A DNA stretch of 24,000 bases from Anaerosolibacter carboniphilus. GTDB lineage: Bacteria > Bacillota > Clostridia > Peptostreptococcales > Thermotaleaceae. The notes beneath the pieces were generated by a model, which saw only the letters and a list, made by a program, of their open reading frames with translations, was not told the origin of the DNA and did no database searches. Position 1 is the stretch's first letter; every line of letters starts with the position of its first letter. This document shows, piece by piece, positions 1 through 9,146 of the stretch. Both the position numbers and the translations under genes were made by a program. The stretch is taken from NCBI RefSeq assembly GCF_014205875.1, contig NZ_JACHEN010000022.1, positions 49,524 to 73,523 of the forward strand, read 5' to 3'.

Positions 1-1
1 T

Positions 2-187
2 GAAAAAATAGGGTATTATGTGCAATATGATTTGCAAGAGCCAATCCTTTCAGAAATCATAAGATTTGTCGAGCAAATAAACCATGATCACAGCCTAGGC
101 AGCTGTAAATTGGGTGTACATATACCTGGGGACTGTATGGCAGCATGTAAAGCCAATAAGAATAAATGCTGTCAAAAAAATAAATAA
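2..187 (+). CDS. 3' end of a CDS that starts upstream of the window; Cys-rich C-terminal tail, function unknown
   Basis: Frame 2 is open from the window edge to TAA at 185-187 (...SLGSCKLGVHIPGDCMAACKANKNKCCQKNK*). It has no in-window start, so it is absent from the ORF track. The next gene's RBS follows immediately. Confidence 0.35.
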   Translation, partial: EKIGYYVQYDLQEPILSEIIRFVEQINHDHSLGSCKLGVHIPGDCMAACKANKNKCCQKNK

Positions 188-206
188 AAGGTGAAAGGAG
201 AAAAAT

Positions 207-575
207 ATGAAAGTATGTATTCCAGTAAAAGAGAACAGGGGATTAGAAAGTATTGCTTATAACCATTTTGGATCAGCACCGTTTTTCTTGATTTATGATT
301 TAGAAAATGAAGAAATAAAGGTCATTCAGAATGAAGACTTGCATCATGCCCATGGAATGTGCCAACCTCTAAAAGCGCTGGGGGGAGAAAAGGTAGATGC
401 CATTTTGGTTGGTGGAATTGGTGCAGGGGCATTGATGAAATTAAGCAATCAAGGCATAGCTGCATATAGAGTTGCCAATGAAACTGTGCTGAAAAATATC
501 GAGTTATTAAAAAGAAACGAACTGGCAAGGTTCGATCTCAGTCATAGTTGTACACAGCATGACTGTGGCCATTAA
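207..575 (+). CDS. NifB/NifX-like (dinitrogenase Fe-Mo cofactor biosynthesis domain) small protein
   Basis: 122-aa ORF with RBS GAAAGGAG upstream. The N-terminus MKVCIPVKEN...HFGSAPFFLIYD and the ...VDAILVGGIGAGA... segment are typical of the NifX/NifB-C-terminal domain family. Confidence 0.65.
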   Translation: MKVCIPVKENRGLESIAYNHFGSAPFFLIYDLENEEIKVIQNEDLHHAHGMCQPLKALGGEKVDAILVGGIGAGALMKLSNQGIAAYRVANETVLKNIELLKRNELARFDLSHSCTQHDCGH

Positions 576-592
576 AAATGAATTGTGAGTAG

Positions 593-626
593 AGTCAAAA
601 GAGTAAATTCTTTTGACTTTATTTAT
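593..626 (+). terminator. Rho-independent terminator after the NifX-like gene
   Basis: AGTCAAAAGA (593-602) pairs with TCTTTTGACT (609-618) around a 6-nt loop, followed by TTATTTAT. Confidence 0.6.
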
Positions 627-661
627 ATATAGGAAATTATGGTTTTCAATTTCCTATATAT
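625..661. promoter_or_regulatory. Perfect 14-bp inverted repeat, candidate operator or activator site; its 3' arm contains a TATATA -10-like hexamer
   Basis: ATATATAGGAAATT (625-638), 9-nt spacer, AATTTCCTATATAT (648-661). It lies directly upstream of the GC-rich leader of the pepV-like/PTS cluster. Confidence 0.5.
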
Positions 662-800
662 GGGGTGTGCAGAGGGGATGCCCCTTTGCCGTATTCAGGA
701 AGGTCCTCAGGAACCTGCATTGCAGGCGTCGAAGGAAACCTAGGGTTTCCTAGCGAAAACAAATTGCCGATAGGCAATTTTGTTCTTTTGTAGTATTCAA
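662..800 (+). promoter_or_regulatory. Structured GC-rich 5' leader ending in an intrinsic terminator (attenuator-like); class not recognised
   Basis: Three consecutive GC-rich triloop hairpins: AGGGG-ATG-CCCCT (~673-685), CCTGC-ATT-GCAGG (~713-725) and GGAAACC-TAG-GGTTTCC (~734-750). They are followed by GAAAACAAATTGCC-GATA-GGCAATTTTGTTC plus CTTTTG (755-790). Downstream AAGAACAA (~828-835) can pair with the terminator's 3' arm TTGTTCTT. Confidence 0.45.
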
Positions 801-859
801 TGCCAATTACTTGTAAAGTGTTTTTATAAGAACAAAACAAATTTATGGGAGGGAGCCAT

Positions 860-2275
860 ATGATTCATTTCTATGGGGAAGCACAAAAGAAAAAAGATGA
901 ACTGGTCAAGCTTCTTGCTCAGTGGGTTGCTATACCATCTGTATATGACCAGACTACAGCAACGGAGGATGCGCCTTTCGGAACAAGCATAAAAGAAGCG
1001 TTACAGTGGTTTGAGGATTTAGGGCGAAAAGATGGATTTGTAAGTAAAAATATTGATGAACATGCTGTCTATATAGAATACGGTCAGGGTGAGGAATACA
1101 TAGGTGTGTTTGGTCATGGTGATGTGGTACCTGCCGGGGAAGGATGGAAAACAGATCCCTACAAGCTTCATATCATTAACGATACGGCCTATGGAAGAGG
1201 TGTGGTGGATGATAAAGGGCCAGTGCTTTGTTGTTATTTAGCACTAAAAATCATAAAAGAGTTAAATATACAAACGAAAAATCGTATTCGGATAGTCGTA
1301 GGGGGAAACGAAGAAAGTGGTTTTCGATGCATCCGACATTATTTTTCAAAGGAACCTCATCCTAAATTAGGATTTACGCCCGATGCCAAATTTCCGGTCA
1401 TCCATGGAGAAAAGGGGGGAATGACTTTGGAATTCAAAGGAGAAATAGATGGGGAAAATATAGAAATAATGGCAGGCGTATCCCAGAATACGATTCCGTC
1501 CGTTATCAAAGTAAAGATGCCGTCTCAATATAAATATCTACAAGAACCTTTCTATGATTTTATCACAGAAAATAATCTTGGGGGAACGTTTGAAGGGTCA
1601 GGTGAAGGTGTATATATGGAACTCATTGGCGTTGGCGGACACTCATCAAAGCCGGATCAAGCAAGGAATCCCATAACAAAATTAATGCGTTTTTTAACCT
1701 TAAACGTAAGTGACGTATGGGTAGAGGCACTAGGAAAACTGATCATGGATGGGAATGAAAGAGGAGAAAAGTTTTCCTTAAGTGCGGTAGGGAAATGTGG
1801 AGATCTAACGATTGTGCCCACGATGCTCCGTTTATCAAATGGTGAATTTTCAATCATATTCAATATGCGGTATCCTGAGAATGTGACGATGGAATGTATT
1901 AATCAAAAAATAAAAAAGTACATCATCGAAAATGATCTTCACCAATGGGAATTTAAGGTGGAAAACATAAAAAAGCCTCATTATGTCGATCCGTCAGATG
2001 ACTTGGTGAAGAAGCTTCATCATATCTTTATTAAGCATACTGGCGATACCGAGCGTAAGGTTAGAGTGACGAGTGCAGGTACTTATGCCAGTGAAATGAA
2101 AAACGCTGTAGTTTTTGGGGCTGAGTTTGGCGATGGCAGTTCAGGAAATGTCCATGGCGCCAACGAATATATGGAGATTGAACGATTACTGCAAGCCATG
2201 GCAATCTATACGGAAGCAATGATTGAATTGTCAAACATGGAGATTGTCACTTGCAATGACATTGTTTACCAATAA
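860..2275 (+). CDS. M20-family dipeptidase (PepV / Sapep-like)
   Basis: The long ORF is listed at 845-2275. I prefer ATG 860 because GGAGG lies 7 nt upstream. M20 metal-site motifs are present: GHGDVVPAG, GRGVVDDKGP, GGNEESG. Length and C-terminal ...GANEYMEIE... match PepV-type dipeptidases. Confidence 0.8.
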   Translation: MIHFYGEAQKKKDELVKLLAQWVAIPSVYDQTTATEDAPFGTSIKEALQWFEDLGRKDGFVSKNIDEHAVYIEYGQGEEYIGVFGHGDVVPAGEGWKTDPYKLHIINDTAYGRGVVDDKGPVLCCYLALKIIKELNIQTKNRIRIVVGGNEESGFRCIRHYFSKEPHPKLGFTPDAKFPVIHGEKGGMTLEFKGEIDGENIEIMAGVSQNTIPSVIKVKMPSQYKYLQEPFYDFITENNLGGTFEGSGEGVYMELIGVGGHSSKPDQARNPITKLMRFLTLNVSDVWVEALGKLIMDGNERGEKFSLSAVGKCGDLTIVPTMLRLSNGEFSIIFNMRYPENVTMECINQKIKKYIIENDLHQWEFKVENIKKPHYVDPSDDLVKKLHHIFIKHTGDTERKVRVTSAGTYASEMKNAVVFGAEFGDGSSGNVHGANEYMEIERLLQAMAIYTEAMIELSNMEIVTCNDIVYQ

Positions 2276-2309
2276 CTTTAGTCCAAGAAGTATTACAATA
2301 TAATCAGGG

Positions 2310-4229
2310 GTGGTGGTTAGGGTGTTAAGCAAAAAGCATTACTTAATAATTGACTATCTTAGCGATAAAGATATATACCTAACATCCCAGGAGTTAGCCC
2401 AGAGAATAGGCGTATCCTCACGTACAATTAAGCGATATATTGAAGATATCAATTATGAGATGAAGAATTCCAGAGTAGAGATTGTCTCAATAAAAGGGGT
2501 AGGGTATAAATTAAGCGGACCGCCTAAGTACATTCAAAGTATATTAAAAGAGGCTTTAAAAATCATTAAGGGCTTGGAATCAGATGATTCTATGGAAAGC
2601 AGAGTTGAAAATGCCATATGCTTATTGATCAACAATGACTATTTGAGTGCCGATGAACTGGCAGATCGATTGAATCTAAGCACATCCAGCGTTCATAAGA
2701 TGACATCTCAAATAAAAGAATGCCTCGATAAGTACAATCTAAAGTTAGTTTCCAAACCCTATCGAGGTACATGTATTGAAGGGGATGAGTTAAATATTCG
2801 ATCCTTGATTTTAGATTATAGCATTAAATACGATGATAACAATAGCATTCGAGTTGGCCTTTCCAACATTACAAATAAAGATATTGTCACAGCGGAAGAA
2901 ACGGTGGCAACCTACTTGAAGAATAGAAATATTATTGTTGCAGATAAGGATTTTAATAATCTTTTATCAAAAATACTGGTATCTATGTCTAGGACGAAAA
3001 AGAAGAAGTCAATAGAAAATCTATTCTTAACAAGCAGCTACACGCTGCACAATTATTTGGTGATTCATAACATAATGACCGAACTACAGGAAAGTTTGTG
3101 CATCCCATTTGATGAGAAGGAATTTAGATATGTGGCGCTTTACTCTGGATTTATGATCTATAACTATACGGAAAAGAATATTCAGCCTGATGAAGTGATG
3201 GATGACAATATTTATCATTTTATCCATGAACTGCTGGAAGAAATAAAGATTATTACGGGCAACGATTTTGAAAAGGATTTGAAGTTCATGGATGCCTTTT
3301 CTATTCATATAAAAATAGCGATAAACAGAGCGAAAACAGAAGTGCATATTAAAAACCCATTATTGCAGCAGATTAAGTCCCATTATCCAGTAGAGATGAA
3401 CTTTGCTATGTTCACGGCAAAGAAAATGAATGATCGATTTAACGTAAAGTTGGATGAGGATGAAATCGGGTTTATTGCAATGCACTTTAGTGCAGCTCAG
3501 GAAAGAATAAATACTCATCATATCAAAAAGATATGTATTTTATGCCATTATGGCATTGGTACCGCCCAATTATTTGCTGAGAGGATAAAAAGATGTATAA
3601 AGAATGTGGAGATCGTTGGCATATATCCAGTAAGGTATGCAGATATGGCGTTGACCCAAAATGTCAACTATATCATTTCCACCGTAAATGTTGAAAATTT
3701 AAAGGGCAATATCCCAGTCATTATTGTTGAAAATATGTTATCCGATGAGTCCATTAAAAAAATAGATGAAACCCTATCTGTAGCCATAAAAGAACGAGAA
3801 ATCCTCTATGATATGTTTCATGAGAACGCCTTTTATTGTGTTGAAGCCAACGCAAAGGAAGAAATAATTGCCGAGATAGGCAAAAAAATGACACAAGTTG
3901 GATTAATTGATGAGGGTGTGGTGGCATCTGTTTTAGATAGAGAGAAGATATCAGCTACAGATATAGGTCATATGGTAGCCATACCCCATTCGCCAATCAA
4001 TGGGATACATAAATCTGTGATAGGGGTAGCTGTATTGGATAAACCAATTCTTTGGGATAAATACGAAGTGCAAGTAGTCTTTATGATATGTTTTAATCTG
4101 GCAGAGCGAAAAAATCTTCAAATCTTTAAATATATGTATAACTTGATAGAAGATGCTGATTTAGTAAAATCCATCATAAAGTGTAAGAGCTTTCAAAGTT
4201 TTATGCGCATCATTCAAGACGGTATTTAA
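2310..4229 (+). CDS. PRD-domain transcriptional activator of the MtlR/LicR/ManR type (2 N-terminal HTH, 2 PRD, EIIB-like and EIIA-like domains)
   Basis: N-terminal HTH (LTSQELAQRIGVSSRTIKRYIEDIN) and a second wHTH (LSADELADRLNLSTSSVHK). There are central PRD-like regions, an EIIB-like KICILCHYGIGTAQLF and a C-terminal EIIA-like GHMVAIPHSP. The start is uncertain: GTG 2310 or GTG 2322. Confidence 0.8.
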   Translation: MVVRVLSKKHYLIIDYLSDKDIYLTSQELAQRIGVSSRTIKRYIEDINYEMKNSRVEIVSIKGVGYKLSGPPKYIQSILKEALKIIKGLESDDSMESRVENAICLLINNDYLSADELADRLNLSTSSVHKMTSQIKECLDKYNLKLVSKPYRGTCIEGDELNIRSLILDYSIKYDDNNSIRVGLSNITNKDIVTAEETVATYLKNRNIIVADKDFNNLLSKILVSMSRTKKKKSIENLFLTSSYTLHNYLVIHNIMTELQESLCIPFDEKEFRYVALYSGFMIYNYTEKNIQPDEVMDDNIYHFIHELLEEIKIITGNDFEKDLKFMDAFSIHIKIAINRAKTEVHIKNPLLQQIKSHYPVEMNFAMFTAKKMNDRFNVKLDEDEIGFIAMHFSAAQERINTHHIKKICILCHYGIGTAQLFAERIKRCIKNVEIVGIYPVRYADMALTQNVNYIISTVNVENLKGNIPVIIVENMLSDESIKKIDETLSVAIKEREILYDMFHENAFYCVEANAKEEIIAEIGKKMTQVGLIDEGVVASVLDREKISATDIGHMVAIPHSPINGIHKSVIGVAVLDKPILWDKYEVQVVFMICFNLAERKNLQIFKYMYNLIEDADLVKSIIKCKSFQSFMRIIQDGI

Positions 4230-4266
4230 ACAGCTTTTAATATATTATCGATAAGGAGAAATACAT

Positions 4267-4743
4267 ATGGATATGGTTACTTCGATATTTGAAAGAAATT
4301 ATATACAAATAAATGTTGACATGGTGAATAAGGAGCAAGTGTTGCGATATATAGCAAAGCTAGCTGAGAAAGCCGGCGTATCTTATGATTCGGAGCAGAC
4401 CTATGAAAGTATGTTAAAAAGAGAAAATGAGTTTTCAACAGGCTTTGGGGATGGTTTCGCTATACCCCATACAAAATGCGCCAGTATTAAGAAACCAGCT
4501 GTATTTATATTAAAACTGCGTTCTTCTGTTGATTGGAAGGCAATCGATGAAAGACCTGTATCCATTATCATCGGGCTACTGACTCCCAATGAAAATAATG
4601 GCGCTATTCATCTGAAACTGCTGGCAAGCTTATCGAGAAAATTGATGGATGAGGACTTCAAAAGAAAGTTTATACTTTCTTTTGATGAAGAGGAATTGTT
4701 TCATATGGTTACAGAGGCTCTCGTAGCTTTTGAAAACGAATAA
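4267..4743 (+). CDS. PTS EIIA component (fructose/mannitol EIIA-2 family)
   Basis: 158 aa with RBS AGGAG. The motif GFGDGFAIPHTK contains the phosphorylatable His typical of PTS_EIIA_2. Confidence 0.85.
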   Translation: MDMVTSIFERNYIQINVDMVNKEQVLRYIAKLAEKAGVSYDSEQTYESMLKRENEFSTGFGDGFAIPHTKCASIKKPAVFILKLRSSVDWKAIDERPVSIIIGLLTPNENNGAIHLKLLASLSRKLMDEDFKRKFILSFDEEELFHMVTEALVAFENE

Positions 4744-4763
4744 AAAGTAAAGGGGGAATGAAA

Positions 4764-5075
4764 ATGAGTAAGAAATTAGTAGCACTATGCGCATGCCCTA
4801 TGGGATTGGCTCATACGTTCATGGCAGCTCAAGCCATAAGCAAAGCTGCAAGTGAGCTGGGTTATGAGGCAAAGGTAGAAACCCAGGGAGCCGATGGGAC
4901 CCAAAATGAGCTAACTGTTAAGGAGATAAGAGAAGCCGATCTTATCATTCACGCCATAGCGATTACACCAATGGATGTTGAAAGATTTGATAACGTTGAA
5001 GTTTATGAAATTACACTTCAAGAAGCGATCAAAGACGCGAAAGGCGTGATTCAAAGAATTGAAGCAGAGAAATAA
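4764..5075 (+). CDS. PTS EIIB component, fructose-specific type
   Basis: Active-site motif LVALCACPMGLAHTFMAA matches the ACPTGIAHT-type Cys loop of fructose EIIB. The ORF track starts at 4758, but ATG 4764 has better spacing from GGGGG. Confidence 0.8.
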   Translation: MSKKLVALCACPMGLAHTFMAAQAISKAASELGYEAKVETQGADGTQNELTVKEIREADLIIHAIAITPMDVERFDNVEVYEITLQEAIKDAKGVIQRIEAEK

Positions 5076-5196
5076 AAAAAGACCCCCTCTGAACAGCCAT
5101 TCAAATGAGGAGGTTTAAGCACTACCTATAATAGAATATAACCCATTATGTTCATAAGTACAATATGAGAATCAAAAAATAAAGTGAGGGATTTAT

Positions 5197-6381
5197 ATGA
5201 CAATCAGTGTAAAAAAACCCGGTACTTCTATTTGGAGAGAATTTAGCAAGCATGTTATGACAGGTATTTCTTATATGATTCCTATTCTTATCATGGGAGG
5301 ACTTATAGGTGCATTTTCTCAGATGATTCCCTACGTATTCTTAAAAATTGATGCATCACAATCTATTGTAGATGCCATGAACTCAGGGCAATTTACAGAT
5401 ACATCCTTAAGCATGCTAAAATTGGCATCTGCAATGGAAAGCTTCGGGTTTACTTTGTTTGGTTTTGCAATTCCTATGTTTGCAGCATTTACAGCAAATT
5501 CCATAGGTGGAAAAACGGCCTTAGCAGCAGGTTTTATCGGCGGTTATGTTGCGAATAAGCCCATTGCATTATTGGCTTTAGACGGGGGACAATGGGCAGC
5601 AAAAGCGCCAGTACCTTCAGGGTTCCTTGGTGCAATCATTATTGCTTTTGCTATTGGGTATTTTGTGAAATGGTTGAATAAGAAGATTGTACTGCCTCAC
5701 AATTGGCTGGCTTTCAAAGCTACTTTTCTAGTTCCGTTATTATCCGCTTTGTTTTGTATGATCGCAATGGTATTTATCGTAACACCATTTGGAGGTTGGA
5801 TCAACACCCTTATTCGATCAGGACTACAAGCAGCTGGAAGTGCGGGCCAAATCGCATATTCCATTGCCCTAGCAGCGACTACAGCCTTTGACCTTGGAGG
5901 ACCTGTTAATAAGGCAGCAGGCTTTGTAGCCCTAGGCTTTACAACAGAAAAAGTACTTCCAATAACAGCGAGATGTATCGCCATCGTAACACCATCCTTT
6001 GGTCTTGGATTATCAGCAATCATTGATAAAAGATTAGTTGGCAGAAGGGTATATGACAAACAATTCCATGAGGCTGGGAAAACAGCTATTTTCTTAGGCT
6101 TTATGGGGATTTCGGAAGGTTCAATACCTTTTGCTTTGGAAAGACCAGGTTTTACAATTCCACTTTATGTAGTGGGATCTGTAATCGGTGCTTTAACAGC
6201 TGTTCTATTAGGAGCTGTTCAATGGTTCCCAGAATCTGCAATATGGGCGTGGCCTTTGGTGAGCAATTTAGGTGTGTACATAGCTGGACTCATCGTTGGC
6301 GCATCATTTATTGCCGTCGTGAATGTATTCTATAGAAATAAGTTAATCAAAGACGGTAAATTAGAGGTCATAGAAGATTAA
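5197..6381 (+). CDS. PTS EIIC permease, fructose-like family
   Basis: 394-aa polytopic hydrophobic protein. The motifs GFMGISEGSIPFA and DLGGPVNKAA are typical of fructose-family EIIC. RBS GTGAGGG. Confidence 0.8.
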   Translation: MTISVKKPGTSIWREFSKHVMTGISYMIPILIMGGLIGAFSQMIPYVFLKIDASQSIVDAMNSGQFTDTSLSMLKLASAMESFGFTLFGFAIPMFAAFTANSIGGKTALAAGFIGGYVANKPIALLALDGGQWAAKAPVPSGFLGAIIIAFAIGYFVKWLNKKIVLPHNWLAFKATFLVPLLSALFCMIAMVFIVTPFGGWINTLIRSGLQAAGSAGQIAYSIALAATTAFDLGGPVNKAAGFVALGFTTEKVLPITARCIAIVTPSFGLGLSAIIDKRLVGRRVYDKQFHEAGKTAIFLGFMGISEGSIPFALERPGFTIPLYVVGSVIGALTAVLLGAVQWFPESAIWAWPLVSNLGVYIAGLIVGASFIAVVNVFYRNKLIKDGKLEVIED

Positions 6382-6396
6382 TAGAAATACATGGAT

Positions 6397-6425
6397 GAAG
6401 GGTTGACTAGCATAGTCAACCCTTC
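6397..6425 (+). other. Perfect 13-bp intra-operon hairpin without a U-tract
   Basis: GAAGGGTTGACTA-GCA-TAGTCAACCCTTC sits between EIIC and the aminopeptidase gene. AATAAAAAG follows, so it is not a canonical terminator. Confidence 0.5.
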
Positions 6426-6445
6426 AATAAAAAGAAGGTGCTCTT

Positions 6446-7516
6446 ATGACGAAACTTTCAAATCTAAGGAAACTACTAGAAATCAATGAGCTGGATGCCA
6501 TACTTATAGCTTCTCCATATAATAAATTTTATTTAGCAAACCTCTATAGTGGATCAGGATATGTGTTTGTAACCAACAAATCTCAATATGTTATAGTGGA
6601 TGCTAGATACTATGCCCAAGTCAAAGAAAATGCAAAAGATTTTATAGTGATTGAAACTTCAAAAATAAACACCCTTGAAAATATATTAAATAGGATTATC
6701 AGGGAAGAAGATATTCAAAAATTAGGATTTGAAGGGGAGCACATCACTTTTGATACATTTTTTTGTTTAAATATGCAGTTGCAAGCTTTGATGATCTCCA
6801 TTTCTTTAAAGTCTTTAAGAAGTTTAAAAAGTGAAGCAGAAATCAAAATGATAGAGGAAGCGGCACTGATAGGGGACAAAGTGTATTCCCATATTCTTGA
6901 ATATATAGAACCTGGCATGTCAGAGCGTCAGGTAGAGAACGAACTTGTAAGAATGATAAAAGAATGTGGAGGAAAAAAGGAGTCCTTTGATATCATCGTT
7001 GCATCTGGAGAGAGAGGCGCATTTCCCCATGGGAAGGCGTCTGACAAAATAATCCAAACAGGTGAATTTGTAACGATTGACTTTGGCGTAAATTTCAACA
7101 ATTATTGTTCTGACATGACAAGGACTTTTGCCATGGGATATGTTAAAGATCGTCAGCTAAAAGAAATTTATGAAGTCGTCCGAAAGGCCCAGGAGGCAGC
7201 TGTTCAGAATATTAGAGCAGGGGTTACGGCAGGAGAAATAGATGCAATTGCTAGAAATATAATTAAAGAAGCAGGATGGGGAGAATACTTCGGACATAAT
7301 TTAGGCCATGGCATCGGAATCATGGTCCATGAACATCCTGACTTGTCACCAGGTTCCCCAGTGGTCCTTGAAGAAGGAATGGTTGTTACAGTGGAGCCCG
7401 GAGTTTATATTCCATCCATTGGAGGCGTAAGAATCGAGGATGATGTGTTAGTAAATAAAAATTCCTGTGTTGTCTTAACGAAAAGCAGTAGAGATCTGAT
7501 GATCGTAAAGGGGTAA
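6446..7516 (+). CDS. M24-family Xaa-Pro aminopeptidase / prolidase
   Basis: 356 aa with a creatinase-like N-domain. M24 metal-ligand motifs are present: DFGVNFNNYCSDMTRTF, HNLGHGIG, VEPGVY, VRIEDDV. Confidence 0.85.
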   Translation: MTKLSNLRKLLEINELDAILIASPYNKFYLANLYSGSGYVFVTNKSQYVIVDARYYAQVKENAKDFIVIETSKINTLENILNRIIREEDIQKLGFEGEHITFDTFFCLNMQLQALMISISLKSLRSLKSEAEIKMIEEAALIGDKVYSHILEYIEPGMSERQVENELVRMIKECGGKKESFDIIVASGERGAFPHGKASDKIIQTGEFVTIDFGVNFNNYCSDMTRTFAMGYVKDRQLKEIYEVVRKAQEAAVQNIRAGVTAGEIDAIARNIIKEAGWGEYFGHNLGHGIGIMVHEHPDLSPGSPVVLEEGMVVTVEPGVYIPSIGGVRIEDDVLVNKNSCVVLTKSSRDLMIVKG

Positions 7517-7521
7517 TGCAC

Positions 7522-8712
7522 ATGTATGATTTTAATGAAAAAGTAGATCGGATAAGTGAGCACTGCCGCAAATGGGATAGAAGTATCATAGAAGAACATT
7601 TTGGAAAAGTACCTGATAATTTTATTCCTCTTTGGATTGCAGATATGGATTTCAAAGTGCCTGGAACTATAGCCAATACTTTTCTTAGAGCAGTGCAAAG
7701 AGGGACTTTTGGTTATACCTATGTGTATGATGAATTTTATGAGGCGGTTATAGATTGGCAAAGACATATGCACCATGTGGAGGTGGGCAGGGAGGCTATC
7801 ACCCTTACCTATGGCACTGTGTCGACAATACATTACGTCATTCAAGCTTTTTGCAGTGAGGATGACAAGATATTACTGAATACGCCAGTTTATGACCCTT
7901 TTCATAAAGCGGCTGATAAGCAAGGCGTAGTGTGTATATACAATCCTTTATCTATCGCAGCGAATCGATACTATATAGATTTTGAACGATTAGAAATGCA
8001 GCTGAAAGAAGAAAAACCGCGGCTCTATTTCTTATGTTCACCCCATAATCCATCGGGCAGAATATGGTGTAAAGAGGAATTGTACAGGGCAGCAGAACTC
8101 TGTAAAAAACACAACACCATTCTTGTAGTAGATGAGGTCCATGGAGAACAAGCATTATATGGAGACTTTACCTCTATCCTATCTCTAGACAGAGATTTAA
8201 TCGATAATGTGATACTGTTGACTTCACCGAACAAAGCCTTTAATTTAGGGGGGCTGAAAACTTCCTATACCATCATTCCAAATGATGAAATAAGGAGAAA
8301 TTTTAAAAAGCAACTGGATAAAAATTCTATCACTTCACCAAATGTATTTGGAATCTTGGGATTGATAGCAGCTTACAAATATAGTAAGCAGTGGCTGCGA
8401 GAAGTTACGGTATATATAAAAGGAAATTATGAATACTTAGAAAGTTATATAGAAAAAAGAATTCCAGCGATAAAAGTAATGAAAATGGAAGCTTCCTATT
8501 TGGCATGGATAAATATAAGTGAACTAGGCTTATCTTCTACAATACTAACGAATATTTTAGCTTCCAAGTATGGGGTTTTAGTAGAAAACGGTAAAAACTT
8601 TGTTTGTGATGGAGAAGGATGGATCAGAATAAATCTAGGAACCCAGAGAGAAAACATTATTGAAGCCTTGAGTAGGATAGAAAGATGTGTCCGTGATATG
8701 AGTAGTATCTAA
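7522..8712 (+). CDS. MalY/PatB-type PLP-dependent C-S lyase (class I/II aminotransferase fold)
   Basis: N-terminal YDFNEKVDR...KWD, IPLWIADMDFKVP, a CSPHNPSGRIW-type segment and the SPNKAFNLGGLK PLP-lysine motif. The ORF track start 7516 overlaps the upstream stop; ATG 7522 is better spaced from AAAGGGG. Confidence 0.8.
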   Translation: MYDFNEKVDRISEHCRKWDRSIIEEHFGKVPDNFIPLWIADMDFKVPGTIANTFLRAVQRGTFGYTYVYDEFYEAVIDWQRHMHHVEVGREAITLTYGTVSTIHYVIQAFCSEDDKILLNTPVYDPFHKAADKQGVVCIYNPLSIAANRYYIDFERLEMQLKEEKPRLYFLCSPHNPSGRIWCKEELYRAAELCKKHNTILVVDEVHGEQALYGDFTSILSLDRDLIDNVILLTSPNKAFNLGGLKTSYTIIPNDEIRRNFKKQLDKNSITSPNVFGILGLIAAYKYSKQWLREVTVYIKGNYEYLESYIEKRIPAIKVMKMEASYLAWINISELGLSSTILTNILASKYGVLVENGKNFVCDGEGWIRINLGTQRENIIEALSRIERCVRDMSSI

Positions 8713-8778
8713 TAGATTATTTTCGACAAAAGTAGAATTAAGGAAGTTACACAAGTAGATCAACAAGGAGGGTTACAT

Positions 8779-9048
8779 ATGACATCACAAAGTGCCACGA
8801 TTATGAATGAAACAGGAATGCACGCAAGACCAGCTTCTTTATTTCTTAGCACAGCAACTAAATTTAAATCAGAAGTTACGATTTTTAAAAATGGCAAAGC
8901 AGCCAATGCAAAGTCTTTGATAAGTATTCTCTCTTTATGTATAACCGTTGGTACGGAGATTCAAATCTCGGCGGAAGGTGAAGATGAGAGGGAAGCTGTG
9001 GAGACGTTAGTAAAATTAGTTGAATCTAAGTTTGGTGAGGCTTTGTAA
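8779..9048 (+). CDS. ptsH: HPr phosphocarrier protein
   Basis: 89 aa with strong RBS AAGGAGGG. It has the His-15 motif NETGMHARPAS and a Ser-46-like context ANAKSLISIL. Confidence 0.9.
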   Translation: MTSQSATIMNETGMHARPASLFLSTATKFKSEVTIFKNGKAANAKSLISILSLCITVGTEIQISAEGEDEREAVETLVKLVESKFGEAL

Positions 9049-9146
9049 ATAGACAATCTAGAAGAATTTTAATGTTATACAATAATATTTGAAAAAAACA
9101 TACGTTTAAAGAAATAGCCTATTTGATTTTGAGTGTATAAATATAC

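Noticed and set aside
646-840. 64-aa minus-strand ORF covering the structured leader
   Set aside because: It has no RBS and lies antisense to stacked hairpins. Its openness is a by-product of the GC-rich palindromic sequence.
5076-5196. A 120-nt gap between EIIB and EIIC containing GAGGAGG and TATAAT-like strings, as a possible internal promoter or small ORF
   Set aside because: No start codon lies at a suitable distance from the GAGGAGG, and there is no acceptable -35 for the TATAAT. Only a weak imperfect hairpin is present, which is not enough evidence for a feature.
7386-7845. Minus-strand ORFs 7386-7676 and 7405-7845 across the pepP/malY junction
   Set aside because: They lie antisense to two well-supported CDSs with clear family motifs. 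Their composition is typical of shadow ORFs in AT-rich DNA. The same reasoning applies to the other short antisense ORFs in the track, including 322-528, 1657-1863, 3084-3347, 4401-4589, 5697-6059, 6715-6918, 7952-8234, 10632-11396, 11635-13164, 14661-14864, 15558-16015, 18497-18700, 19193-19390, 21107-21316 and 22809-23000.
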